Source: an uncultured virus (IMG/VR IMGVR_UViG_2908492839_000003) (Duplodnaviria; Heunggongvirae; Uroviricota; Caudoviricetes). Taken from it: a stretch of 64,000 nucleotides of DNA. Of the stretch, positions 37,245 to 46,103 are shown in pieces. Under the pieces are notes generated by a model. It saw nothing but the letters and a program-made list of their open reading frames with translations. It ran no database searches and had not been told where the DNA came from. Each line of letters starts with the position of its first letter. Position 1 is the stretch's first letter. Where the stretch lies: positions 1 through 64,000 of IMG/VR virus record IMGVR_UViG_2908492839_000003, one strand, 5' to 3'. Position numbers and translations under genes: made by a program.

Positions 37245-37658
37245 ATGCTCGATCGATATCTCGCCGCCGTCTACGAAGACGGCGGGCGCGAACTGCCGCG
37301 CGTCGATTGCTGGGGGCTCACCCGGCTGGCGCGTCATGAGCTCTACGGCATGCCCATGCTCTCCAGCTTCGGGGAGGTAAGGCATACCAGCCCGCGCCAT
37401 TTCCAGCGCGCCTACCAGCGCCAGGTCCAGGCCGCCCTGGAAGAGTGCGAACCGTTCGCCGGCGCCATCGCTGCCGGCATGGATGGGGCGGTCTGCGTCC
37501 ACGTCGCCCTGGTCGTGGCCAGGGAAGGGCGGCTGCAAGTACTCGAAATCAATCCAGGGTCCGGCGCCCGCCTGGTGCGCCTGCAGGACTTCCTCGAAAA
37601 CTTCACCCGGGTGATCTTCTACCGTGATCGAATTCTTCGCGAACAAGCTGGATCCTGA
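37245..37658 (+). CDS. NlpC/P60-like tail protein
   Basis: GGR...DCWGL...HVAL. Confidence 0.8.
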   Translation: MLDRYLAAVYEDGGRELPRVDCWGLTRLARHELYGMPMLSSFGEVRHTSPRHFQRAYQRQVQAALEECEPFAGAIAAGMDGAVCVHVALVVAREGRLQVLEINPGSGARLVRLQDFLENFTRVIFYRDRILREQAGS

Positions 37659-40371
37659 GCCGCTGCGCCAATACCCCGTCCGCGCGCGGATGCCAATCGA
37701 CACCTGGTTGCGTGGGAACGTGGCGAGCTATCGCCGTAATCGGCGTCGCATCCGCCGGGGTGAGTTGAATCCGGTGAGCATCTCGGTCAACGGGCGGCTC
37801 GTCCACTTCAGCCGCTGGCGCGTGACCGAGATCGGACCCGACGACGAGGTCCACATCTGGAAAGAGCCGAAGGGCATCGATCCGATCTCGATCACAATCG
37901 CCGCGATCAAGAGCGCCCAGGCGCTGTTTCGGTTGTTCATGCCTCGGATCAAGATGCCGAGCACCCAGAACCCGCGCCAGGGCGACCCGTTGGAGAGCGC
38001 GCGGACCAAGGCGAACCAGGTCCGCTACGGCGACATCGTTCGGGAGGCGTTTGGCCGGAACAAGATCTACCCCGATTACATCGTCCCGCAGTGCCGGCGT
38101 TTCCCCAGCGAGCGGACGGAGTGGGTCCAGATGCTGCTGGCGGTCGGGATCGGCGACTACGAGATCCACGCCAGCGACATCATGATCGGCGACACGCCGA
38201 TCATCTCGCTCGGTAATAACGCCCGCTACCACGTCTATCGGCCGGGTGAGAGCGTGGCCGGCGACCCGGCTGCGGAGTGGTGGCACTCGGTTGCCGAGGT
38301 CGGCGCCACGGCGACTGGCACCGCGGGGATCGACCTCCGGACTACCACCACGGTCGACCAGTCTGCAAACGCCCAGGCGTACCAGTTCGACGGCGACCTG
38401 GTCACCGTTCCCGTCGGGGCCGGACAGTTCCCCGCTGGCTGGGCTGCCGGGATGATCGTCCGTGTCGAGGTGATGTATCAGTACAACGTCACCGCCGGCA
38501 CCGGAGTGGGCGGCCGAGACACGATCTCCGGCCCACTCGCCCAGCTCGGCGCGTTCCCGGGTATGGTGATCGAAGTCACCGGGGCGAACGAAGGCATCTA
38601 CGTCGTCAACAGCTACACCGCGCCGGCAGGGTCTACGCCAGCGTCGATGACGCTCAATACCACCAGCGGTGCCCCCGTTTCTGGGTTGCAGTACGGCACG
38701 GGCTGGGCGTGTATTGGCTACCGCGGGCTCCGGTACCGGATCACCGCTGCGAGCTCCAGCCAATTGGCGTTGGACCGGTTGACCGATACCGGCTCCGACG
38801 ACACTGCCTGGCCTGGATTCGACTACATCGAGAGCAACTCGGCGGTCCTGAAACTGGACGGCTCCACGCTGGAGGGAGACTGGGCCGGCCCGTTCGCAGG
38901 GAACCCGGAGGCTGAGAAAGCCACCGCGATCGAGTTCGACTACATGTTCCCGCAAGGCCTCGGAGGGGTGGACAAGAAAGGGAGACTCTTCAACTGGCAG
39001 GTCGAGATCGAACTGCAGTGGCGCGACATGGCCCTGGCCGGCGCATGGACCTCCTACCGCGAGACCATCAGCCGAGCGACTCTGGATCAGATCGCGTTCA
39101 CGCGCCGGATCAACCTGCCGTATGCAATGCGCCCTGAGGTCAGGATGCGTCGGATCGGCGCGAAGTCAACCGAGACCACCATTCAGGACACCGTGCAGTG
39201 GTACGGCCTACGGACAAGGCTGGCGAGCCCGTCGTCCTACCCCGGAATGACCGTCATTTCAGTGGCGGTCGCCGGCGGCGGCCGCTTGGGTGCGCAGTCC
39301 GAGAATCGGGTCTCGGTGATCGGTACCCGGATACTCCCGACGCGCCAGAACGGCGCGTGGACGGAGCCGCGGCCTGTCCGGGATCTGGTGGCGCCGTTCT
39401 GCTACGTCGCAAAGTCCGTTGGCTACGAGGATGCAGACCTCGACCTGGTCGAGATCGATGCACTGGCCGATATCTGGGCGCAGCGAGGCGACACGTTCGA
39501 TCACCAGTACGAGTCGACGTCGACGGTGAAGGAAGTGCTGGGAGATATCCTCGCCGCGGGATTCTCTGAACTGACCATTGGGCGCGGGCGCCTGCGTCCG
39601 GTTCGCGATGGGCTGCGCGAGGGTGTCGATCATCTCTACACCACGCCGGCGGCGAATGGCGAGGTCTGGGCCTACTCGGCACAGAACATGAAGGGGTCGC
39701 TGTCCAGAACCTTCAGCACGCCAACTCCAGACGACAACGACGGTGTCGACGTCGAGCACATCGACGGCCGCACGTTCCAGAAAAAGACCGTTCCATGCCG
39801 CCTGCCTGGCCAGTTGGGGTTGAAGCCCGAGAAGGTCAGCGCGGTCGGGGTGAGCGACGTCAATAAGGCCTATCAGAAGGGCATGCGCCGAGCGGCAGAG
39901 CAGCGCTACCGGCGTTGGAACTACTCGTTCGAAACGGAACTCGACGCGAACAACAGCGGCTATCTCAGCCTGGCCGCTGTGTCCGACGACACGCCGGGGA
40001 GTGGCCAGAGCGCATTCCTGAAGTCGATCGCCCCTCGTGACACTGGCTTTGTATTGGAGAGCAGCGAGCCTCTGGACTGGGCTGGTATGGAAACGGCCAG
40101 GGTTGCGCTTCGCAAGCCGGATGGTCGAGTAGACGGCCCTTGGAGTGCATCGCGAATCGACGACCGCCGGATGCTGGTACCGTCACTCGGTTTCGTCCCT
40201 GACCTGTCCTGGACGCGCGAGCCGCCGCATCTCCTGTTCGGTCGCATCCATCCAGTGCTGATAACCGGTGTGGACCCGAAGGGCCTCGAGAGCTGCTCCG
40301 TCCGCGGCGTGAACTACGACGAGAGGCTCTACGTCAACGACAACGCCACCGCGCCGCCTGAGGCGGTCTGA
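37624..40371 (+). CDS. Central tail tip protein (J-like)
   Basis: 915 aa; position; NYDERLY end. Confidence 0.85.
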   Translation: MIEFFANKLDPEPLRQYPVRARMPIDTWLRGNVASYRRNRRRIRRGELNPVSISVNGRLVHFSRWRVTEIGPDDEVHIWKEPKGIDPISITIAAIKSAQALFRLFMPRIKMPSTQNPRQGDPLESARTKANQVRYGDIVREAFGRNKIYPDYIVPQCRRFPSERTEWVQMLLAVGIGDYEIHASDIMIGDTPIISLGNNARYHVYRPGESVAGDPAAEWWHSVAEVGATATGTAGIDLRTTTTVDQSANAQAYQFDGDLVTVPVGAGQFPAGWAAGMIVRVEVMYQYNVTAGTGVGGRDTISGPLAQLGAFPGMVIEVTGANEGIYVVNSYTAPAGSTPASMTLNTTSGAPVSGLQYGTGWACIGYRGLRYRITAASSSQLALDRLTDTGSDDTAWPGFDYIESNSAVLKLDGSTLEGDWAGPFAGNPEAEKATAIEFDYMFPQGLGGVDKKGRLFNWQVEIELQWRDMALAGAWTSYRETISRATLDQIAFTRRINLPYAMRPEVRMRRIGAKSTETTIQDTVQWYGLRTRLASPSSYPGMTVISVAVAGGGRLGAQSENRVSVIGTRILPTRQNGAWTEPRPVRDLVAPFCYVAKSVGYEDADLDLVEIDALADIWAQRGDTFDHQYESTSTVKEVLGDILAAGFSELTIGRGRLRPVRDGLREGVDHLYTTPAANGEVWAYSAQNMKGSLSRTFSTPTPDDNDGVDVEHIDGRTFQKKTVPCRLPGQLGLKPEKVSAVGVSDVNKAYQKGMRRAAEQRYRRWNYSFETELDANNSGYLSLAAVSDDTPGSGQSAFLKSIAPRDTGFVLESSEPLDWAGMETARVALRKPDGRVDGPWSASRIDDRRMLVPSLGFVPDLSWTREPPHLLFGRIHPVLITGVDPKGLESCSVRGVNYDERLYVNDNATAPPEAV

Positions 40372-40437
40372 CCGCCAACACATCACCCCCATGAAGAACC
40401 CTGCCCTGTGCGGGGTTTTTGCTTTCTAGGAGCAGCC

Positions 40438-42423
40438 ATGCCCGTCCGTTACAACACCATGAACCCGGTCGAGCCGAATGGGTCTTCCGACTTCCGTGAT
40501 CTGTCTGACAACACTGCGAACCTTGACCTTGCGATGAATGGCCAGGCCCTGACCTGGACGAATCGAATTGGAGGTGAAGAGAAGTCTTGGCGGGGCATTG
40601 TGCAGTGGATTGCCGATTGGCTCGCCGCGCAGGGATTCGAGCCAGGCGTGCTGGAGTACGTCGACGGCTCCCCGCTGACCGTAGATCGTCCGACCCAACT
40701 GATCCAGCGTGACGGGAATCTCTACAGCGTCAAGCGCCCGGCATCGTTCCCCGTTGAGCTGACCGGGAACTGGGCCACCGACCAGACCCTGCTGGTTGCC
40801 CAGGTCGACCGCTCGCTGCGTCAGCAACTGGCTGACCCGCTGGACCCGACAGCTGGCGCAGCTCTGGTTGCGCGGGCATCCCGGCACCTCAGCGACCTGA
40901 CAGGCCTGATCGGCCTCATCGGTCGATATGCCGGTGACATGGTTCAGACCGCAGCATACTGGGGGGGATGGTCTGTCTATGCCGATGGTCCGGTCGGCGG
41001 GGGAACGTACGTATGGGACCCGGCGCGCCCGCGGTCAGAGCACAACGCGGGAAACGTCATCAGCCCGACCGTGCCCTGGGATGGGCTGGAATCTACGTTC
41101 GCAGCGTACATCGCAAAGACCGGAGAAACCGAACCATCAGCCCTTGGTTGCTGGGTTCTTGTTCCGGAACACGGTCGCGAGTTCAACGTTTTGCAGTGGG
41201 GCGCGAAGAACAATGCAACCGTCAACGGCGCAAACGACGCAATGATTCAGCCTCTCCTCAACTATGTCGAGGGCGCCAAGTCTGGAGGGTTCGGCGGGGT
41301 TGTGAACTTCCCCAAAGGAACATATCGGTTTAATACGTACTTTAATGTACGAGATAGGACCGCGATACGTGGCGAGGGGACGCATGCAACAATTATTCAG
41401 TTCCCCGGCTCAGCTGTTGGTAATTGCATTACATTAGGTCCAACTGGACCCAATCATCCAATTAACCCTAATGGTCATTGGGTATTTGGGGCTAGGCTGG
41501 AAAATTTAGCAATTTCTTGTTCAAACGTATACAAAGGAAGCGAGCGCTCTGTTGTCTATACTGATGGGGCGCATGAGCATAGTGGACTGTTTAATGTTGT
41601 TGTGAGGGATTTTACTTCTTGGGGTGTTAACTATAACACCGGCAATGGAGGTCCTGCTCTATTCGAAGTGAGCGACTGCGAATTCTATCTTTCAGGCACT
41701 GCGCCAGCGACTGGAACCAAGCGAGGCATAGTGAGTAACGCTGGAGGTGCTCTATTCCTCATGCGGCATGTTACGATCACAGGTGCACCCGCAAATAAAC
41801 TAGATCAGGGTGTTGTGATGCTGAAGGACAATCTTGTGGCTCAAGGGCTGCACTTTGAAAACTCCGGATCAGGAATCAGCCTGTCTCAGAATGACCCAGC
41901 AAATCCTAGAGTTAATTCTATAGTCGGAGTTACCGGCAACGCTACCGTTTCATCTGGCGGCCTTGTTGATATCTCTAGTTCTTTTGAGGGTTCTGTTCAG
42001 GTGTCCGCAGTTGTAAATAAATCAATATCTACAACTGGACTTATAACTCTTATTAATAGAAGGGTGAATGATAGGTATTTGGATTCTCCGGTATCCTCTT
42101 ACTCGTATCCAAGTGCATACTCCCCCGGCGAGGCAATAAGTCAGGGAAGGGTTAATGTGTCTGGCGCAGTCGCAACTGTTGCTAAGTCTGTAGGTGTTTC
42201 TTTTACTGCAAGCAGGACAGGCGTTGGAGTCGTTCGCATCACGCTCTCTTCAGCAATGAATGATACCGACTACACAGTAACTCCAAGCGCCCGGCCATCT
42301 GGTGGTGGAGCCATGTTCGTTGAGTTCCTCCCGGTCAGCACTACAGCGTTCGACATAAAGACCTACAACCAGGCAGGAACCGCGACTGACCCTGCTTCGA
42401 TCTGGTTTACCCTGCTTCGCTAG
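40438..42423 (+). CDS. Tailspike/receptor-binding protein, probable beta-helix
   Basis: YNTMNPVEPNGS head; NVLQWGA...FPKGTY...GEG pectate-lyase-like start; GC drop after about 41200. Confidence 0.85.
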   Translation: MPVRYNTMNPVEPNGSSDFRDLSDNTANLDLAMNGQALTWTNRIGGEEKSWRGIVQWIADWLAAQGFEPGVLEYVDGSPLTVDRPTQLIQRDGNLYSVKRPASFPVELTGNWATDQTLLVAQVDRSLRQQLADPLDPTAGAALVARASRHLSDLTGLIGLIGRYAGDMVQTAAYWGGWSVYADGPVGGGTYVWDPARPRSEHNAGNVISPTVPWDGLESTFAAYIAKTGETEPSALGCWVLVPEHGREFNVLQWGAKNNATVNGANDAMIQPLLNYVEGAKSGGFGGVVNFPKGTYRFNTYFNVRDRTAIRGEGTHATIIQFPGSAVGNCITLGPTGPNHPINPNGHWVFGARLENLAISCSNVYKGSERSVVYTDGAHEHSGLFNVVVRDFTSWGVNYNTGNGGPALFEVSDCEFYLSGTAPATGTKRGIVSNAGGALFLMRHVTITGAPANKLDQGVVMLKDNLVAQGLHFENSGSGISLSQNDPANPRVNSIVGVTGNATVSSGGLVDISSSFEGSVQVSAVVNKSISTTGLITLINRRVNDRYLDSPVSSYSYPSAYSPGEAISQGRVNVSGAVATVAKSVGVSFTASRTGVGVVRITLSSAMNDTDYTVTPSARPSGGGAMFVEFLPVSTTAFDIKTYNQAGTATDPASIWFTLLR

Positions 42424-42489
42424 GCTGGCCGGTCAGGTCTGGGTATGCCTATAATCCGCCCCTGCCAAACGGACACGGAAGGGGGGGAT

Positions 42490-43497
42490 GTGAATTTTCA
42501 AGCTATTCAGGCGCTTAGGGGTATCGCAGCAGTCTTGGTGCTCCTGCTTCATGCTCGCATCGCCGTGTGGTGGGCAAAGGACCTGTGGCATATCCCATTC
42601 GTCAGTTCACACGGGATGGTCGGCGTCAGTCTGTTCTTTTGTATTTCTGGCTTCATCATCGCCCACGTGGTATCGCGCAACAGCTTTGAGCCAGTTAGCT
42701 TTATGGTTAAGCGCATCTGGCGCATAGTGCCTATCTACTGGATAGTTACCACGTTGGCTCTGGTTTTTTGGTACACAAGTCGCTTTTGGCGATCAGATAT
42801 GGACAGGCTAGGTCTTGTTGGTGTGCTAAAAAGCTATTTGATATTTCCTCAGTCTGGATTCCCTCTAGTAAATCCAGGCTGGTCCCTTGAGCATGAAATT
42901 ATTTTCTATGTCCTCGCGGCGCTTATTGTGCCGTTTGCCAGGCTCCCTGGCCTATTTTTAGCGTTGATAGGGTTGTGGGTGTGTGGGATTTTCTATAAAG
43001 GGTGGGACTACCATCTGTTTTCGTATTCACAGCTTTACTTTGCTTTTGGGATAGTCGCTTATTGGTGCCGAGGGGTGGCGGTTAAGTTTTTGGCTCCAGT
43101 TGCGCTAGTATCTGTTCCTCTTGCCATCTGCTCGATGTACAAAGTTATAAATATCAGTCCTACTGCAAATGTGGCTCTTACTGCTATAGGATGTTCGTCT
43201 CTAATAGCTACTCTAGTTTCAATGGAGAACAATGGCCTAAAGTTCCCTAAATGGCTAGTGTCTATCGGTGATGCTTCATATTCAATTTATATTGTCCACT
43301 GGATCGTGCTTCCGTGGGTTGGTTTTGTCGCCTACAGAGTAGGAGGGTCCATGGAGGCATGGCGATGGATCGCGTTTTGCGTTTGTATGCTTGTGGGCTT
43401 TGCTAGTCGTAAATATCTAGAAATTCCGCTGATGAACGTGAAATTCATACACAGGATTGGAAGAAGGCGAAGGGCTCCAGAGAGCGCAACAGCCTGA
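42490..43497 (+). CDS. Acyltransferase_3 (OafA/Oac-like) O-antigen acetylase candidate
   Basis: IQALRGIAA, GVSLFFCISGFI, RIWRIVP, WSLEHE, IGDASYSIY; about 10 TM; own TATAAT at 42449. Confidence 0.88.
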   Translation: MNFQAIQALRGIAAVLVLLLHARIAVWWAKDLWHIPFVSSHGMVGVSLFFCISGFIIAHVVSRNSFEPVSFMVKRIWRIVPIYWIVTTLALVFWYTSRFWRSDMDRLGLVGVLKSYLIFPQSGFPLVNPGWSLEHEIIFYVLAALIVPFARLPGLFLALIGLWVCGIFYKGWDYHLFSYSQLYFAFGIVAYWCRGVAVKFLAPVALVSVPLAICSMYKVINISPTANVALTAIGCSSLIATLVSMENNGLKFPKWLVSIGDASYSIYIVHWIVLPWVGFVAYRVGGSMEAWRWIAFCVCMLVGFASRKYLEIPLMNVKFIHRIGRRRRAPESATA

Positions 43498-43510
43498 CAG
43501 TTTCATGATT

Positions 43511-43538
43511 AAAAGCCCGCCAAGTGCGGGCTTTTTTA
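43511..43538 (+). terminator. Rho-independent terminator
   Basis: AAAAGCCCGC-CAAGT-GCGGGCTTTTTT. Confidence 0.8.
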
Positions 43539-43553
43539 TGCCCGGAGAACCAC

Positions 43554-44183
43554 ATGCCCATCACTGAGCAGCAGTTGCTGCATATCCTCCCGAACGCCGG
43601 CCCTCGAGCCGGCGTTTTTGTTGGTGCGCTGAATCGCGGGATGACGCGGTTCGGTATCACGTCGCCTGTGCGCGCGGCGGCGTTCCTCGCCCAAGTTGGC
43701 CACGAAAGCGGCCAGTTGACCCACCTGGTGGAGAACCTCAACTACAGCGCCCGCGGCCTGGCTGCGACCTGGCCGAGCCGGTACCTCGGCGCCGACGGGC
43801 AGCCCAACGCCCTGGCGCAGCGCCTGGCGCGCAACCCCCGAGCCATCGCCAACAACGCCTACGCCTCGCGCAACGGCAATGGCGACGAGGCATCGGGCGA
43901 CGGCTGGCGGTACCGCGGGCGCGGGCTGCTACAGATCACCGGCCGGTCGAACTACCGCGCCGCCGGCACCGGGCTGGGCCAGCCGCTGGAGCAGGAACCC
44001 GAACTGCTCGAGCAGCCGGAGTGGGCGGCGATCTCGGCGGCCTGGTGGTGGGCCAGTCACGGCTTGAACGAACTGGCCGACCGCGGCGAGTTCGCCGCCA
44101 TCACCCGTCGGATCAACGGCGGCACGAACGGCCAGGCGGAGCGCCTGGAACTGTGGGAGCGGGCGAAGAGGGTGCTGTCGTGA
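43554..44183 (+). CDS. GH19 endolysin
   Basis: FLAQVGHES, YRGRGLLQITG, TRRINGG. Confidence 0.95.
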   Translation: MPITEQQLLHILPNAGPRAGVFVGALNRGMTRFGITSPVRAAAFLAQVGHESGQLTHLVENLNYSARGLAATWPSRYLGADGQPNALAQRLARNPRAIANNAYASRNGNGDEASGDGWRYRGRGLLQITGRSNYRAAGTGLGQPLEQEPELLEQPEWAAISAAWWWASHGLNELADRGEFAAITRRINGGTNGQAERLELWERAKRVLS

Positions 44184-44548
44184 TCTCCGCCCGTGTTGTC
44201 TCGATCGCGCTGGCCTGCCTGGTGCTGCTCGGCCTCGGCGCCGCCGGTGGTGTCTGGCTCGGCGCCCGGCACTACCGACCGCAGCTCGATGCTGCGCTGG
44301 CAGATCTGGTCGCCTGCCGCGCCGCCCGGGGAGAGTTGGAATCCGCAGTGGCGGAGCAGGTCCGGCAGGTTGCCGCGCTGCGTCAGGCTGATGAACAGCG
44401 CGCCCGGGATGCAGCCCAGGCGCTGGAGCAGGGACGACAGCAGGCCGCCGAGCGATATGCCGCGGCACAGCGCCTGCTGTACCAGCGAACCGCCGGCGAG
44501 CAGTGTGCGGCCGCCGATGCGGTCATCGATCAGGAGTTGGGCCTATGA
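44180..44548 (+). CDS. i-spanin (Rz-like)
   Basis: N-terminal TM plus coiled coil. Confidence 0.8.
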   Translation: MISARVVSIALACLVLLGLGAAGGVWLGARHYRPQLDAALADLVACRAARGELESAVAEQVRQVAALRQADEQRARDAAQALEQGRQQAAERYAAAQRLLYQRTAGEQCAAADAVIDQELGL

Positions 44549-44874
44549 AGCTGCAGGCGTGGCGAAAGACTGCAGGTGCAGCGATTTTCGGCAGGTGCAG
44601 CCAAAAAGCGCAGGTGGTGCAGGTGCTGGGGTTGGTGTTCGCGCTGGCGGGATGCGCCGGCCGGCAGGAAGCCGAGCCGCGCACGGTGCGCGTAGAGGTG
44701 CCGGTGGCGGTGCCTTGCCGAGTGCCGGCGGTGGAGGTGCCGGCCTGGGCAACCGCTGGGCTGAGGAAGGGCGACGATATCCAGACCAAGGTCCGTGCGT
44801 TGCTCGCCGAACGCTTGCAGAGGATCGGATACGAGGCGCAGCTCCTGGCTGCGAACCAGGCCTGCCAGGATTAG
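44545..44874 (+). CDS. o-spanin lipoprotein (Rz1-like)
   Basis: LAGC lipobox, Pro/Val-rich. Confidence 0.78.
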   Translation: MKLQAWRKTAGAAIFGRCSQKAQVVQVLGLVFALAGCAGRQEAEPRTVRVEVPVAVPCRVPAVEVPAWATAGLRKGDDIQTKVRALLAERLQRIGYEAQLLAANQACQD

Positions 44875-44909
44875 GAGTAGACTACGGCCTTTTCCTACGG
44901 AGTTCGGTG

Positions 44910-45176
44910 ATGCTGGTGATTCGGCTGAAAAGCAAGTGGACCCTGAAGTTGGACCGCCAGATAGGAAGCTCCGGCAAACACGGGATATGGGCATTCCACT
45001 GCTCTGAAAGCACTTTCGCGCCGTCTTCAAACGATCTGCGGCGCACCGCGGCCATCCTTCCAGCCGAGCCCAAAGAGGGCCAGGCAGTGGAAGTTTCGAT
45101 CTGCGAAAGCCCGCACTCGCCGGATGGATGGATCGCCGTCGGCTCAGGCGTAGCAGCCTACGAAGCGGAGCGCTGA
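44910..45176 (+). CDS. 88-aa hypothetical protein
   Basis: GGAG RBS; MLVIRLKSKW... Confidence 0.65.
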   Translation: MLVIRLKSKWTLKLDRQIGSSGKHGIWAFHCSESTFAPSSNDLRRTAAILPAEPKEGQAVEVSICESPHSPDGWIAVGSGVAAYEAER

Positions 45177-45179
45177 AAG

Positions 45180-45692
45180 TCAGGCCCACCGCCATGGCCG
45201 GAAGTCGCTTGGGATCTGCTCGACAAGCAGCAGCGTGCCGCCAGCGTCGAGCTCGATCTCCAGACCGCGCACAACGCCGGCGCGCTCAAGCGCCTGGCCC
45301 ATGCGCAAGTATGTTATCCCGTCCAGGGGATCCCGGCCGAGGTAGCCCAGCCGCTGTCGTCCGGGTGCGGGCCCGTGGTAGATGCCCTCGTCGTCCACGC
45401 TCCCGACGACGGCGCCGCCGTCGAGCACGTCGTAGCAGCAGTCCGAGCAGTAGTGCGTCTCGCGCGTGATGCCGTGCTCGATCGCCCATGAGTACATGCC
45501 GAGGGCGTCGGTGACCATGTCGTGCCTGTCCTGCAGGCCCACGACGCCGCACTGGTAGAGCTCGTTGGCCTCGGCGACCAGGTACAGGTACTGCTCATCC
45601 GCGGCGTACAGCCAGGCAGCATGCTGCCGCATCGCTGCAAGCCATTGTGTTACGCGCTGATGATGGCAATGCCTAGGGTCGGAGTAGGACAT
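45180..45692 (-). CDS. SOS-box-preceded hypothetical protein (170 aa)
   Basis: GGAG RBS, MSYSDPRHC...; LexA box abuts the CATAAT -10. Confidence 0.75.
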   Translation of the reverse strand: MSYSDPRHCHHQRVTQWLAAMRQHAAWLYAADEQYLYLVAEANELYQCGVVGLQDRHDMVTDALGMYSWAIEHGITRETHYCSDCCYDVLDGGAVVGSVDDEGIYHGPAPGRQRLGYLGRDPLDGITYLRMGQALERAGVVRGLEIELDAGGTLLLVEQIPSDFRPWRWA

Positions 45693-45728
45693 GGGAATCT
45701 CCGGCGGACGAGTGGGCCGGAAATTATG

Positions 45729-45744
45729 CTGTATGAATATCCAG
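45729..45744. promoter_or_regulatory. LexA (SOS) box
   Basis: CTGTATGAATATCCAG. Confidence 0.85.
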
Positions 45745-45807
45745 TATTCGAGAGCGTCCGACGAGCGGAGAGTGGCGCTCAGGCATGTCTGGAGGAGGGC
45801 GAAATCA

Positions 45808-45879
45808 TTTCCGCAATTTAAGAATCGACCCAGGCAGCAAGCGGCATCCATCGAAGGAAAAATGTCTGAATTGCGGAAA
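45808..45879. repeat. 11-bp inverted repeat, probable integrase arm sites
   Basis: TTTCCGCAATT (45808) and AATTGCGGAAA (45869) next to the tRNA fragment. Confidence 0.55.
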
Positions 45880-45924
45880 CGAAATCCAGCCGCAACCCGC
45901 ATAAACCTTGAATTCAGCGATAGA

Positions 45925-45982
45925 CTTGAAAACCGTCGAAGGGGAGACTCTTCCGTGAGTTCGAATCTCACCGCCTCCGCCA
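45925..45982 (+). pseudogene. 3' half of tRNA-Ser(TGA) (att site)
   Basis: Starts at anticodon loop CTTGAAA; variable arm, T arm and GCCTCCGCCA present; no 5' half upstream. Confidence 0.9.
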
Positions 45983-46067
45983 TATAACCTTCTGTTTTCA
46001 TTGATGTTTTCATTCGATCCACTCTCAGGAGTGAACGATTTGGGAACAAACTGGGAACGAGGCGCAG

Positions 46068-46096
46068 AAAAAAGGGGCCCCGCAGGGCCCCTTTTT
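46068..46096. terminator. Bidirectional terminator after int
   Basis: AAAAAAGGGGCCC-CGCA-GGGCCCCTTTTT. Confidence 0.85.
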
Positions 46097-46103
46097 CGTT
46101 GCT

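Larger units (their letters stand above)
1477..45924. mobile_element. Prophage 1, lambdoid siphovirus (phi297/D3-like organisation)
   Basis: Complete int-early-immunity-replication-head-tail-lysis gene order. Confidence 0.95.

Noticed and set aside
42481..42487. G7 tract as phase-variation switch of the acyltransferase
   Set aside because: Short, and lies in the RBS region upstream of the likely GTG start; no evidence of variation available.
43845..43885. AAC-containing stretch as DGR template repeat
   Set aside because: In-frame Asn codons of the endolysin; flanks do not match the DUF1566 variable region.
45890..45982. Functional tRNA-Ser
   Set aside because: No 5' acceptor strand or D arm; ATAGA cannot pair with the ACCGT anticodon stem.
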